This document shows positions 1 to 10,033 of a stretch of DNA of 64,000 bases, piece after piece. Source of the stretch: Pseudomonadota bacterium (lineage in GTDB: Bacteria > Pseudomonadota > Gammaproteobacteria > Steroidobacterales > MnTg04). The notes under the pieces were generated by a model. It was given only the letters and a program-made list of their open reading frames with translations, was not told the DNA's origin and ran no database searches. The position numbers were made by a program, and so were the translations under genes. Every line of letters begins with the position of its first letter. The stretch's first letter is position 1. Location: NCBI GenBank assembly GCA_022560735.1, contig JADFSO010000009.1:8519-72518 (forward strand). The letters run 5' to 3'.

Positions 1-1293
1 ACGCTGGCCAGGTGACTATTGATGATCGGCGAATTCGGTTCCAGCCGGTGCGCTTCCAGCGCTTGCTCGAGCGCTTTCGGCAAGCGACCCGTGCGCATCA
101 GCAGGAAGGAATACCAGTGGTGGGTGGTCGCCTCATCGGGGTCGAGCGAGATTGCGTTAAAAAAATCGGATTCGGCATCCGACCATTTCATCCCGGTCAC
201 GTTGATCAGCGCCAGCACCGCATGCGCTTCCGCCAATGTCGCGTCCAGCGCCAGCGCCTTGTAGACTGCCTCCTGCGCCAGCTTGTTGCCCTCCTCCTCC
301 GAAAGATCCGAATAGCCGGGAAGCACCACGTAGGCCGCGGCAAGGCCTGACGCGGCGCGGGCATAACTGGGGTCCAACGCAAGGGCTTTCTGGAACAACT
401 CGATGCTGTCGGTCAGGGAACGCTCGCCACGCTGGCGCCATTTGTGGCGCGCTTCCAGGTAATACTGGTAAGCCTGCATATCGCCGGTCGGCGGCGCATT
501 CAGCGTGGCGGCAAGCACCGGCTGTTGTTCGCCGCCGAACTGGATTTTCAGCGCGTCGACAATCTTTCGCGAAATATCGTCCTGGACCTCGAAAATATCC
601 TTGAGTTCCCGGTCATAGGTTTCCGACCAAAGATGAAAACCGTTGCTGACATCGATCAACTGCGCGGTAATCCTGATCCGGTCATCGCCCGACCAGCGCA
701 CGCTGCCTTCCAGCACCGTATTGACCCCCAGGTTTCTGCCGACCTCACGCGCGTCTATCTTTGCACCGCGATAAGCGAATGACGAAGTCCTGGCCGCAAC
801 CTGCAGGTTCGGAATCTTGGCGAGCAGGTTGAGCAGTTCCTCCGCTATCCCGTCACTAAAATAATCATTTCCGGGATCGTTGCTGATGTTCTCGAAAGGC
901 AGGACCGCGATTGAGTTTGACCGGTCGTTGGCAAGCCAGTCATAGCCTTTCAGGCCAAAGTGGTACAGGGCCAGGGTCAGCAGCGCGGTCCCGGCAATCA
1001 GCAACACCGTGTATACCACCCGTCCGGGGCCGCTTTCCACGACCCCCTGGCTGTCGGCCTCGGCCGCCGTACGCACAATGCCGCCCGGCCCGATATCGAA
1101 AACCCAGGCCAGGAACATGGCAATGGGAAACCCGATGATAAGCAGGACCACGACGAAAGTGATGGCCCAGTCCGGTACAAACAATGCCGGGAAAACCGTC
1201 GCCGAAACTTCAGTGATGATCCAGGCGGTGAACCCGTACATCGCGGCAACGCGAAATACCCGCCGTCGTTTGAGTTCTGCCATCAGGGCCATC
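1..1293 (-). CDS. TPR-repeat protein with N-terminal TM helix and TolB-N-like module (partial, C-terminus lies beyond window start)
   Basis: Not in the ORF track because it is edge-truncated. Hand translation of the minus strand from ATG 1293..1291 gives MALMAELKRRRVFRVAAMYGFTAWII, then SIAVLPFENISNDPGNDYFSDGIAEELL and TPR-like helices (ALALDPSYARAASGLAAAY). The frame stays open to the window edge. Confidence 0.7.
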
Positions 1294-1377
1294 TGGTCTC
1301 ACCGCTATGGTCTGTAACCTCCGCGCTATTATTGCATGAACCGTGTCAAAACCGGGCCAGCGTCGGCAAGGAGTCCG

Positions 1378-2322
1378 TTACTTCTTACACAGCGTCACAT
1401 CGCCGTTTAATGTCTTGATGCGAATCTCGCCATTACCGTCGCCGGCGGTGAATTTCAGTTCACGGCCAGGCGCGTACTTACTGGTTCGCTGCGCTTGCGG
1501 ACCGAAACAATTGTCGATATCGCCGTTAAAGGTCTCGATTTCGATTTCGGCGTTCACCGGCCCCACTAACATGATGATTGCATCGCCGTTGATGCTTTCC
1601 ACATCCACCCGGGCGCCTTTGGCCAGCTTGCCCGATAGTTCCATGTCACCGGTCGTCGACCGTACACGGGCTACGACAATGTCTACAAGCTCAAGATCCA
1701 GATCGCCGCTAACCGACTGTACTTCGATTTCACCGGACACATTTTCAATGTCGGCATCACCACTGACCAGGTTGACGGTGACCATGCCCGCGTGGCCATG
1801 GCCGACTACATTGACATCGCCGCTGATCGACCGGACTTCCAGATCGTTTTCCCAGATTAGCGTATCCACCGTACCGCTGACGCTTTGCAGACGCTGGTCG
1901 CCATGCACACCTTCGACCTCGATGTCTGCGCTGACGGTGATGACCTTGATTTCGCTATTCTGCGGCAGCCAGATTTCCAGATCGGTGCCATGGACTCTGC
2001 GATGTTTGCCTTTCTCTATTTCGACCCGAATCTCGACATGCGAACCGTTGCGCTCAAACACCAGTTCGCGGGTTCCCTTGCCCAGTTCGCCGGTTACCCT
2101 GACTTCTTTCTTGTCCCAGCCATGAATAAGGACCGAGCCGGCAATATTGGAAACCAGAACCTCGCCATCGTCGTCCGCAGCGAGTGTCCTGTCGATGTCT
2201 TGTCCAGCCACGCCGCCCTTTTGCGAATTGGACGGCGGTGCCGCCGCGTCTTGCTGTCCGCAACCGGCCAGCACGATTGCCGCCAACAGCAATCCGCCCA
2301 AAAAGGTTTTCCACTTGTTCAT
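1378..2322 (-). CDS. Lipoprotein with DUF4097-like (putative adhesin) repetitive beta domain
   Basis: 314-aa ORF with signal peptide plus lipobox (LLLAAIVLAGC). Repetitive SGD/NGD strands (VSGDADIENVSGEIEVQSVSGDLDLEL). Its ATG overlaps the upstream stop (ATGA at 2319..2322). Confidence 0.65.
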   Translation of the reverse strand: MNKWKTFLGGLLLAAIVLAGCGQQDAAAPPSNSQKGGVAGQDIDRTLAADDDGEVLVSNIAGSVLIHGWDKKEVRVTGELGKGTRELVFERNGSHVEIRVEIEKGKHRRVHGTDLEIWLPQNSEIKVITVSADIEVEGVHGDQRLQSVSGTVDTLIWENDLEVRSISGDVNVVGHGHAGMVTVNLVSGDADIENVSGEIEVQSVSGDLDLELVDIVVARVRSTTGDMELSGKLAKGARVDVESINGDAIIMLVGPVNAEIEIETFNGDIDNCFGPQAQRTSKYAPGRELKFTAGDGNGEIRIKTLNGDVTLCKK

Positions 2323-2921
2323 ATTTGGGTCCTCTGGGCCTTTACGGCCGCGGTAATTTGATTCAAATCGTCAAGCAGCATCAGTTCTCTTCGATACATG
2401 GTGAGCAAAAACTGTTGCAGCAATAGATTGCCGGGATCGCCGGTCAGCTCCCGGCTGATATCCTGAAGGGCGTGTTGGATCGCCAGCAGATCGCCGGCCA
2501 CTTTCTGTCGCGTCTCTTCGGGCAGCAACAAAATCTGCTCTTCCAGCACCTGCACCAGCTCGGCGCGGTCCTGCAGATAGCGTGCGCCCGGCACCCGGGT
2601 CTCGTCATAACTGGCGGGTAAAATCACCGGCCCGACCAGTGCGGCGAACTCGCCGTTACCGGCCAATTTCACCTGGCGACCGTCACCTTGTGCAATCCAC
2701 CAGCTGGTCGCCATCGAGGAAACAACCACCAGGGAAGCCGCGATCGCCAGGCGTACCAGTAATGGCCGCCGGCTGCCTCGAGCAGGCTGTCCCCGGCCGT
2801 TCGCGATTGCCTGGCTTATATTCGGCCAAAGATCGCTTTTCGGCAGTATTTCAAGCGGCAGTTCGTTCAATGCCTTGTCCAGCCTCGCATCCGCATCGGT
2901 ATTTTCGGGTCTTGTGCTCAT
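2319..2921 (-). CDS. Putative single-pass membrane anti-sigma factor
   Basis: Sits between the ECF sigma and the lipoprotein. Start MSTRPEN at 2921 forms an ATGA overlap with the sigma stop (2918..2921). One central TM helix (LLVRLAIAASLVVVSSMATSWWIA). The longer track start at 3041 would overlap the sigma gene. Confidence 0.55.
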   Translation of the reverse strand: MSTRPENTDADARLDKALNELPLEILPKSDLWPNISQAIANGRGQPARGSRRPLLVRLAIAASLVVVSSMATSWWIAQGDGRQVKLAGNGEFAALVGPVILPASYDETRVPGARYLQDRAELVQVLEEQILLLPEETRQKVAGDLLAIQHALQDISRELTGDPGNLLLQQFLLTMYRRELMLLDDLNQITAAVKAQRTQI

Positions 2922-3484
2922 CTCACATCCATCTGCTCTTTCAGTAATCGCCTGGCCCTGTGCAACTGCGCCTTGCTCGTGCCCACGGCTATCCCCAGCA
3001 TGCTGGAGGCTTCTTCGTGACTGAAACCGCCTACGCCGCAAAGCAACAGAACATCCCGGGCGCCTTCCGGCAGTCTGGCGATCGCATTTTCGATATCGAA
3101 ACCCGCGGTCTCCGGGGCCGGCGATGAAGCGCCCGCCGTCTGCCCGGCCAGCAACTCGAGATGCGCCCCCTGGCGCTTGCTGCTGCGCTTGTGACCCAGG
3201 ACCTGGTTGACCGCTATGCGGTGAATCCAGGTACCGAAGGCACTTTGCCCGCGAAACTCCGGCAATTTACGCCATGCGCGGATGAACGCTTCCTGGACAC
3301 AATCGTCCGCCAGCGCCGGCTGACCGGTCATCCTCAGGCAAAGCGCGTAAACCCGTCCAACATGCTGGCGGTAAAGCATCTCGAATGCGGCCTGTTCTCC
3401 TTGCCGGGCACGAACCACAAGATCCTTTTCTGCCTGCCTTGAGTCCGGTTCAGTCATCGATACAGCCACCAGGCTGACACCCAT
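2918..3484 (-). CDS. ECF-type RNA polymerase sigma-70 family factor
   Basis: 188 aa. Region 2 (FEMLYRQHVGRVYALCLRMTG, DCVQEAFIRAWRKL) and region 4 HTH (SHEEASSMLGIAVGTSKAQLHRARRLL). GGAG Shine-Dalgarno just upstream of 3484. Confidence 0.85.
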   Translation of the reverse strand: MGVSLVAVSMTEPDSRQAEKDLVVRARQGEQAAFEMLYRQHVGRVYALCLRMTGQPALADDCVQEAFIRAWRKLPEFRGQSAFGTWIHRIAVNQVLGHKRSSKRQGAHLELLAGQTAGASSPAPETAGFDIENAIARLPEGARDVLLLCGVGGFSHEEASSMLGIAVGTSKAQLHRARRLLKEQMDVR

Positions 3485-3603
3485 ACGCGCTCCAGCTGTT
3501 GTTTACTGGTTTTTTGATGCCGGGGGACATGCGAGGGTTTAAAAGACGGGGTTTGTGGTTTGGGGATTATGTAAAATCAAACAGGCTCGACGTTCTAACC
3601 CCG

Positions 3604-4818
3604 TCAGCCTGCCATCGACCACTGTTCGCGGATCTTCTTTTCCTGCTCCTCGACGTGTTTCGACCAGCGTGCAAGAAAACGATAGGCGCGATCTTGCGGC
3701 AGCGGTTTACAAACGTAATAACCCTGGGCGATATCACAACCGACCGAGCGCAGGAAATTCAGGGTGGGTTCGGACTCCACGCCTTCGGCGCAGACATTCA
3801 ACCCAAGCGCATGGGCCAGGTTGACTACAGCGGCAACCACGGATCTGGCCTCTTCACTGCGCCGAACCTCGAGAATAAAACTCGTGTCTACCTTGACCTC
3901 GGAAAACGGCATCCGGTAAAGCATTATTAACGGCGACGAAGCCGTACCAAAATTGTCGAGGCAAAGCTCTACCCCTTTCTTGCGCAGCCGTTTGAGAATA
4001 GCCAGGCTTTGCTCCGCATCCGTCATCGCCGAAGTTTCCGACAGCTCGAGCATCAGGCGGTCGGCCGGAACGTCGTAACGCGCCAGCAATTCCTCGACCA
4101 TGTCGGGGAAATCATCCTCCACCAGTTGGCGAGCCGACACATTGACACCGACATTGACTTCCTCGCCTTTTTCGGCCCAGGCCGCATTCGCTGCAAGCAC
4201 TTGCTCCAGCACGCAGCGAGACAATTCACCGGACAGACCGAGTTCCTCTGCCTTCGCCAGGAACGACCCCGGCATCATCAGGCCCTGGACCGGATGCTGC
4301 CACCTCACGAAGGCTTCCGCGCCACACATATAGATCGGACCGGTCAGGCGCAGACGCGCCTTCGGCTGGTAATGCACAACCATCTGGCCATCGTCGATGG
4401 CATTCAATATCAGCTCTTTGGTAAACCGCATTTCACCGCCGGGTACAGCCGTCAGCAGCATTTCCAGGTCATCCAGCATGACTGGCTTGGTCAGTCTGCC
4501 GGCCATCCGCAATCCCAGGCTGCGCCCCAGTTTTTCGGCCGATTTCAGCACCCGGTCATCCAGACCGCTGATCAGCAGGATTGCGGCCTGGCACTCCTCG
4601 TCCGCGAGATACCGAATCAGCTGGATCCCGTCAGCGTCCGGCATCTGCAGATCCATGATGATATAGCTCGGGTCGAACTCCTGTATCGCCCGCCTGAAAT
4701 GATCGGCATCATCGGCCAGCCTGACTTCAAATCCCTGCCCGCGCCCGACCTCGCCGATGAAACGCATAATTTCCGCTTCATCGTCGATTACCAGCAGCCG
4801 TTTTTCGGGTTCGTTCAA
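3604..4818 (-). CDS. Response-regulator receiver + EAL domain protein (c-di-GMP phosphodiesterase-like)
   Basis: N-terminal REC (LLVIDDEAEI..DLQMPDADG). EAL-domain landmarks are YQPK, EAFVRW, VNVS, ELSET, KVDTSF, AEGVES and QGYY, but DDFGTG is replaced by DNFGTA. Confidence 0.85.
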   Translation of the reverse strand: MNEPEKRLLVIDDEAEIMRFIGEVGRGQGFEVRLADDADHFRRAIQEFDPSYIIMDLQMPDADGIQLIRYLADEECQAAILLISGLDDRVLKSAEKLGRSLGLRMAGRLTKPVMLDDLEMLLTAVPGGEMRFTKELILNAIDDGQMVVHYQPKARLRLTGPIYMCGAEAFVRWQHPVQGLMMPGSFLAKAEELGLSGELSRCVLEQVLAANAAWAEKGEEVNVGVNVSARQLVEDDFPDMVEELLARYDVPADRLMLELSETSAMTDAEQSLAILKRLRKKGVELCLDNFGTASSPLIMLYRMPFSEVKVDTSFILEVRRSEEARSVVAAVVNLAHALGLNVCAEGVESEPTLNFLRSVGCDIAQGYYVCKPLPQDRAYRFLARWSKHVEEQEKKIREQWSMAG

Positions 4819-4978
4819 GGCTTCTCCCTGTATTCACGAGCCATTTTCCTGAAGCTAAGCGCAGCGGAGGAAAAAGTGCAAGGAATTCGGTAGTTTCTCC
4901 AGCTTCAGGAGTCTGCCGGCCTTGGGAAAAACCGATCAAACCGCCCGTGCTGATGGCTGGCTGCCAGCGGGCCCGATC

Positions 4979-5632
4979 TCAGCTATCGACAGAAATCAGC
5001 CCTTCACGAATGGCGTAACGAGTCAGATCGGCGAGGGTATTCACTTCAAGCTTTTTCATGATATTGCTGCGGTGCGTCTCGACTGTCTTGGCGCTGACGT
5101 GCAGCAATTCTCCGACCTGTGCGGTTTTCTTGCCTTCCGCCAGTAATTGCAAAACCTCTCGCTCGCGGCCGGTCAGTATCTCGGGCAGCGCTTGCTCACC
5201 ACCGCTGAGCAATGCCTCGAGCTGGTCTTTGTATTTGTCCCGGAGAGCATTGCTGAGATAAATCTCACCGTCGATCACGGTCTTGATGGCCAGTTCCAGC
5301 TCCTCGACAGCGTTTTCCTTCAGCACGTAGGCACGAGCCCCGGCACGCATCATTGCCGCTACATAGCGCCGGTCATCGTGCATGGTAAGCGCAATGACCG
5401 GCACTTTCGGATGCAACTTGCGCAATTTGCGGGTGGCTTCGATGCCATTCAACTCAGGCATGCCAATATCGATAATGACCAGGTCCGGCTCGAGACGGCG
5501 GACCATTCGTTCGACCTCGCGACCCGAGTTCGCAATGCCCACCACAGCGAACTTGCTCTCCCTTTCAAGCAGGACACGCAAGCCCTCGTTACAAATCTGG
5601 TGGTCATCCGCCAACAATATCTTAAGGGGCAT
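4979..5632 (-). CDS. NarL/FixJ (LuxR-type HTH) response regulator
   Basis: MPLKILLADDH..DIGMPELNG receiver plus C-terminal LTGREREVLQLLAEGKKTAQVGELLHVSAKTVETHRSNIMKKL. The start at 5632 overlaps the end of the kinase gene; the track start at 5671 is less likely. Confidence 0.85.
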   Translation of the reverse strand: MPLKILLADDHQICNEGLRVLLERESKFAVVGIANSGREVERMVRRLEPDLVIIDIGMPELNGIEATRKLRKLHPKVPVIALTMHDDRRYVAAMMRAGARAYVLKENAVEELELAIKTVIDGEIYLSNALRDKYKDQLEALLSGGEQALPEILTGREREVLQLLAEGKKTAQVGELLHVSAKTVETHRSNIMKKLEVNTLADLTRYAIREGLISVDS

Positions 5633-6944
5633 TGGACTCACCCCGCTTGCCCAAGGGAACACAGATGCCAACCGTGGAACCTTGCCCTGGCTCGCTATCG
5701 ATATTCAACTTACCATCCAGCGGTTTCAGTCTTTCGCGAATACTGAACAAGCCGAACCCCGGCCCGACGGCACTCATATTGAAACCGCAGCCGTTGTCTT
5801 TTACATCGACACACAACATGCCGCTGTTTTCAGAAATACTGACGGTCGCCGATTTTGCCCCGGAGTGCTTGGTTACGTTGACCAACAGTTCCCTGACCAG
5901 CTGATACATCGTGACCCGTAAATCATGATCGAGCAATAACTCACCACCCACGACCTCTACTCCGCATTCGATACCGTGCCGCTCACTGAGCATATCGCTC
6001 AGCCATTCAACCGCAGCGACAAAACCCAGTTCATACAAGATGGGCGGGCTCAGGTCGAAGACCAGTGTGCGGGTTTCGCGAATGGCATCATCGATCAATT
6101 CATTGATTTCGTGCAAGGAATCAAAACTTCCTTCATCACTTGTATCTTTCAGCACCGATCCCAGTTTCAGCTTGGCGATACTGAGCTGCTGAGCCACGGT
6201 ATCGTGCAGGGCGATCGCTATGTCTCGCCGAACCTTTTCCTCTGCGAGCGCGAGTCGCGTCGTCATCGAGCGAAGCTGGCGTTCATAAAGGCGCAGGTTC
6301 TGCTCGGCTTTGTGACGCTGGGTCACATCCAGCAATGCCGAGACCCTGAGATTCCTGCCATTAATATCCACAGTCCGGGCACGTATTTCGACATCGATTT
6401 TTTCACCGTCCTTACGCACGCCGGTGACCATGTATGTATCTTCCAGCCGTCCGGCGACATGCTCCTTTACGACCTGGCGACCTTCCGGGTCAGTCAGGTC
6501 AAAAATGGAACGTCCGATCAGTTCTTCGCGGCTATAACCGAGATCACGACAGCCCTGCTCATTGACAGCGAGGATTTTGCCATTTTCAGATATGAACAAG
6601 CCCTCGAAGCTGGCATCGCTCATGATGTTCAGCCAGGCCTGGCTTTCCTGCAGCCCCTGTTTCGCCTCTTTAAGACGGCTCACAAAGCCGTTGGCAGTCA
6701 TGCCCAGTACCAGGAATGTCACCGATGTGATCAGCCGGTGCACGAGATTGTCTTCGCCCGGTTTGATCAGGGCGGCCAGGAAACTTTGTTGCTCATCGAA
6801 AAAAGCCGCCAGCCAGGCATCGACGCACCAGAACAGGACAGCGACCGCGAAAACACCCCAGAAAAAACCGCCAAAGCAATGCGCCACGAGCGATTTTTTT
6901 TCCGTGGGTGGAACAGGCAACAAGGGCAGTTCGTTCATATTCAT
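5622..6944 (-). CDS. Membrane PAS-domain sensor histidine kinase (HisKA_3/NarX type)
   Basis: 440 aa. N-terminal TM helices, a PAS segment, the H-box ALHDTVAQQLSIAKLKL, and HATPase_c motifs (DNGCGF, GFGLFSIRERL). Confidence 0.85.
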   Translation of the reverse strand: MNMNELPLLPVPPTEKKSLVAHCFGGFFWGVFAVAVLFWCVDAWLAAFFDEQQSFLAALIKPGEDNLVHRLITSVTFLVLGMTANGFVSRLKEAKQGLQESQAWLNIMSDASFEGLFISENGKILAVNEQGCRDLGYSREELIGRSIFDLTDPEGRQVVKEHVAGRLEDTYMVTGVRKDGEKIDVEIRARTVDINGRNLRVSALLDVTQRHKAEQNLRLYERQLRSMTTRLALAEEKVRRDIAIALHDTVAQQLSIAKLKLGSVLKDTSDEGSFDSLHEINELIDDAIRETRTLVFDLSPPILYELGFVAAVEWLSDMLSERHGIECGVEVVGGELLLDHDLRVTMYQLVRELLVNVTKHSGAKSATVSISENSGMLCVDVKDNGCGFNMSAVGPGFGLFSIRERLKPLDGKLNIDSEPGQGSTVGICVPLGKRGESNAP

Positions 6945-7099
6945 TATTGCCAGAGACTCTAATGCTTGAGAAACCCGGACTGCAGGTATGCCTTAGCTGT
7001 AGCGGGGGATTATAGCTTGTGTTGGCACGCATATTTCACCGGGGCGGTGACCGCCGGGCGCAGGAAACGCAAGGATCAGGTATTTTGACTAATGATGAA

Positions 7100-9820
7100 T
7101 TATGCGGACTTGCCGATTTTCCTCGGCGCCCCGGTTTTTCTCGCACCCAGCACCCGGCGGATTTTTCGGGCCAGCTCATCGTGACCATAGGGCTTGCAGA
7201 TCACGCTATCGGGACCGGCCTCTACACCTTTATACATGATTGTGCTTTCAGCAAAACCGGTCGCAAACAGCACCGGCAGGTCAGGGCGGATTTCGCCGGC
7301 TTTTTGCGCCAGCACCGGTCCTCGCATCCCGCCAGGCATCATGACATCGCTAAACAGCAAGTCGATTTCCGGGTGCGCTCCCAATACGCGCAGCGCGGAA
7401 GGTCCGTCCCCCGCCTCCAGGGCCTGGTAACCGAGGTCGGTGAGCAGGGCTATCGTGGTTTTTCTGACTTCGTTGTCGTCTTCGACGACCAGTATGCACT
7501 CATCGCCTCTTGGCATTTCAATTTCAATGACCTGCTGCTCGCTGCTCGCAGTGTCTTCATCCGACATGGGGAATATCAGTCTGACGCGAGTTCCGACACC
7601 GACATTGCTCCTGATACTGGTAAAACCACCAGACTTCTCGACAAAACCATGGACCATGCTCAGGCCCAGACCACTGCCCTTGCCGACATCCTTGGTCGTA
7701 AAGAATGGCTCGAATGCCCGAGCGGCCACATCGGATGGCATTCCGCATCCGGTATCGCTTACCGCCAGGAATACATATTCACCTGGTGTCGCCTGGGGAA
7801 ACTCGGGGGATCCGCTTTCGGGAATGCTCAGGTTGCTGGTCTCGATCAGGAGTTGCCCACCTTCCGGCATGGCGTCCCTTGCGTTGATCGCAAGATTTAG
7901 CAAGGCGTTTTCCAGTTGCCCCGGATCGATGGTTGCGGGATGCAGGTTTTTTGCAAACCGGGTTTCTATGTCAACGCTGTTGCCCAGCGTTCGCCTCAGT
8001 AACTCGTCCATTTCCATGACCAGCTTGTTGACATCCAGCAACCTGGGTTCGAGCACCTGGCGGCGAGAGAGCGAAAGCAGCCTCTTGGTCAGATCCGCAC
8101 CGCGCAACGCCGCTTTCAGTGCGGAATCGACCAGCTCCATGAGTTTCTCCTGGCCTTGCAACGGCCTGGACAGCAACTGGAGATTGCCAACGATAATGCT
8201 TAGCAGATTATTGAAATCATGGGCTACGCCACCGGTAAGCTGACCGACGGCTTCCATTTTCTGCGCCTGACGCAGCTCCGCTTCCAGCCGCCGGTGCAAG
8301 GTCATATCCTGGACCACGGAAAAGAAGCCGATGACCTCGCCGCTGTCGTCACGATGCGGGATGTATGTCACTTCGAGCTCAAAGTCCTGCATGTCCCGTT
8401 CGGCGCCAACCGAATAGGTGACCATCTCGCCCGCCAGGACTTTGTCGATCCTCGGCCGGATAATCCGGTACGATTCCTCCGAGGTGATATGCCTGATTTT
8501 CTTGCCAATCAATTCGGGTTGTCTGACCCGGAACCAATCGAGATAATTTTGATTGGCGAAAGTAATGGTTTCGTCTTTTTCAACATAGGCGATGCTGATC
8601 GGCACCGAATTCAGAATAAGCTGAAAAAAGGACTGGCTGCTGCGCAAGGCTTCCTCGGCTTTCTTGCGCTCGCCAATATCCGCCACCGAGCCGGCCATCC
8701 GGGTTGCCCTGCCATCCGCGTTCCGCACAGACTGACCCTTGCCCTGCAGCCACAGGTACTCGCCGTTTTCCCTGCGCAGCCTGAATTCCACGTTGAAGGG
8801 CCGGTCATCGCGCAAATGCTCGATCACGGTCCGCCTGACGCGTGAGTGGTCATCCGGATGGATGCGGGACTGGAATTGTTTGAAGCCGTTGTTCTCGAGC
8901 TGCGGGTCGAAACCCAGCAGGTCGACCAGCCTCGGCGATGCAAAGAACCGGTCGGCGGCCAGGTCCCAGTCATACAACCCATCCAGCGATCCTTTGACCG
9001 CCAGCTCGAACCGCTCTTCGCTTTTACGCAGCGCTGCCTCTGCCCACATGCGCTCGGTCACATCGATCAAAGTGCCCTGGTAATGGGATGGCTTGCCATC
9101 GTCATCGTAAACCAGGCAGGAATTTTCCAGCACCGTAATTTCCCGGCCGTCTTTCCTTCTCAGCTTGAGCTCCGCGTTGACCATTTCGCCCGCCGCGTGA
9201 ACCTGCTCGACCCAGCGTTGCCTTTGTTCCGGGCAGGCATGAATCTGGCTGGGGATATCGATCTTTAGCAACTCCTCCTCGCTGTCATATCCGAGCAGCT
9301 CGACCATGCTTGGGTTGGCGGAGATAAACCGTCCATCAAGCGTCGTGCTAAAAACACCGGCGACTACGTTTCGATAAAGAGCCCGGTATTTCTGTTCCGA
9401 CGCCTTGAGCTCGATCTTGATGCGGGCTCTTTCGGTCGCGTTGCGTATCGTTCTGACCAGCAGTTCACAGTCAAAATCCCCCTTGACCAGGTAGTCCTCC
9501 GCGCCGCAGCGGACGGCATCCAGGCCCAGCTCCCTGGGCTCATGCCCCGAGAGAACGATAACCGGTACGTCTCCGGCTTGCGGCAACAACTTCTTTAGCG
9601 CATCCAGCCCCGTACAACCAGGCTGGTCCAGGCCAAGCAAGATTACATCGTATGGGCTGTCGTTCTTGCCATTGAGTCCGGTAAAGCCTTTGAGCAACGC
9701 GGTCTCCGTCACCTCGAAGCTGACACTGATCGCCTTGCCCAACTGCTCGCAAATATACGCCCGATCGCCGGCATCGTTATCGATTAACAGCGTATGGATC
9801 GATGTCTGGTTTGCGGTCAT
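7100..9820 (-). CDS. Hybrid sensor kinase: REC - three PAS/PAC - HisKA - HATPase_c - REC
   Basis: 906 aa. N-terminal receiver (LLIDNDAGD..LLGLDQPG), repeated PAS/PAC blocks, H-box GGVAHDFNNLL, HATPase (DTGCGM, GSGLGLSMV), C-terminal receiver (ILVVEDDNEV..DVMMPGG). Confidence 0.85.
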   Translation of the reverse strand: MTANQTSIHTLLIDNDAGDRAYICEQLGKAISVSFEVTETALLKGFTGLNGKNDSPYDVILLGLDQPGCTGLDALKKLLPQAGDVPVIVLSGHEPRELGLDAVRCGAEDYLVKGDFDCELLVRTIRNATERARIKIELKASEQKYRALYRNVVAGVFSTTLDGRFISANPSMVELLGYDSEEELLKIDIPSQIHACPEQRQRWVEQVHAAGEMVNAELKLRRKDGREITVLENSCLVYDDDGKPSHYQGTLIDVTERMWAEAALRKSEERFELAVKGSLDGLYDWDLAADRFFASPRLVDLLGFDPQLENNGFKQFQSRIHPDDHSRVRRTVIEHLRDDRPFNVEFRLRRENGEYLWLQGKGQSVRNADGRATRMAGSVADIGERKKAEEALRSSQSFFQLILNSVPISIAYVEKDETITFANQNYLDWFRVRQPELIGKKIRHITSEESYRIIRPRIDKVLAGEMVTYSVGAERDMQDFELEVTYIPHRDDSGEVIGFFSVVQDMTLHRRLEAELRQAQKMEAVGQLTGGVAHDFNNLLSIIVGNLQLLSRPLQGQEKLMELVDSALKAALRGADLTKRLLSLSRRQVLEPRLLDVNKLVMEMDELLRRTLGNSVDIETRFAKNLHPATIDPGQLENALLNLAINARDAMPEGGQLLIETSNLSIPESGSPEFPQATPGEYVFLAVSDTGCGMPSDVAARAFEPFFTTKDVGKGSGLGLSMVHGFVEKSGGFTSIRSNVGVGTRVRLIFPMSDEDTASSEQQVIEIEMPRGDECILVVEDDNEVRKTTIALLTDLGYQALEAGDGPSALRVLGAHPEIDLLFSDVMMPGGMRGPVLAQKAGEIRPDLPVLFATGFAESTIMYKGVEAGPDSVICKPYGHDELARKIRRVLGARKTGAPRKIGKSA

Positions 9821-10033
9821 GAGCGTCTGTCCCAGAAATCCCCGGGTTGCAAGGCACAGGCAGAATCTAGCATGGCAATTCCGGCCATTTGTGGTCCTGG
9901 TTCACATTATTTGGGGCGCGCAGAAATATCGTCGCCAGCTCGCCGCCGCCGCACCATTCAATTACGATAGAGCCCGCAGGAAACAACGACACGCCAGGGC
10001 ACACCCTGGTACCAGGCAACGGCAGAACTCTGG

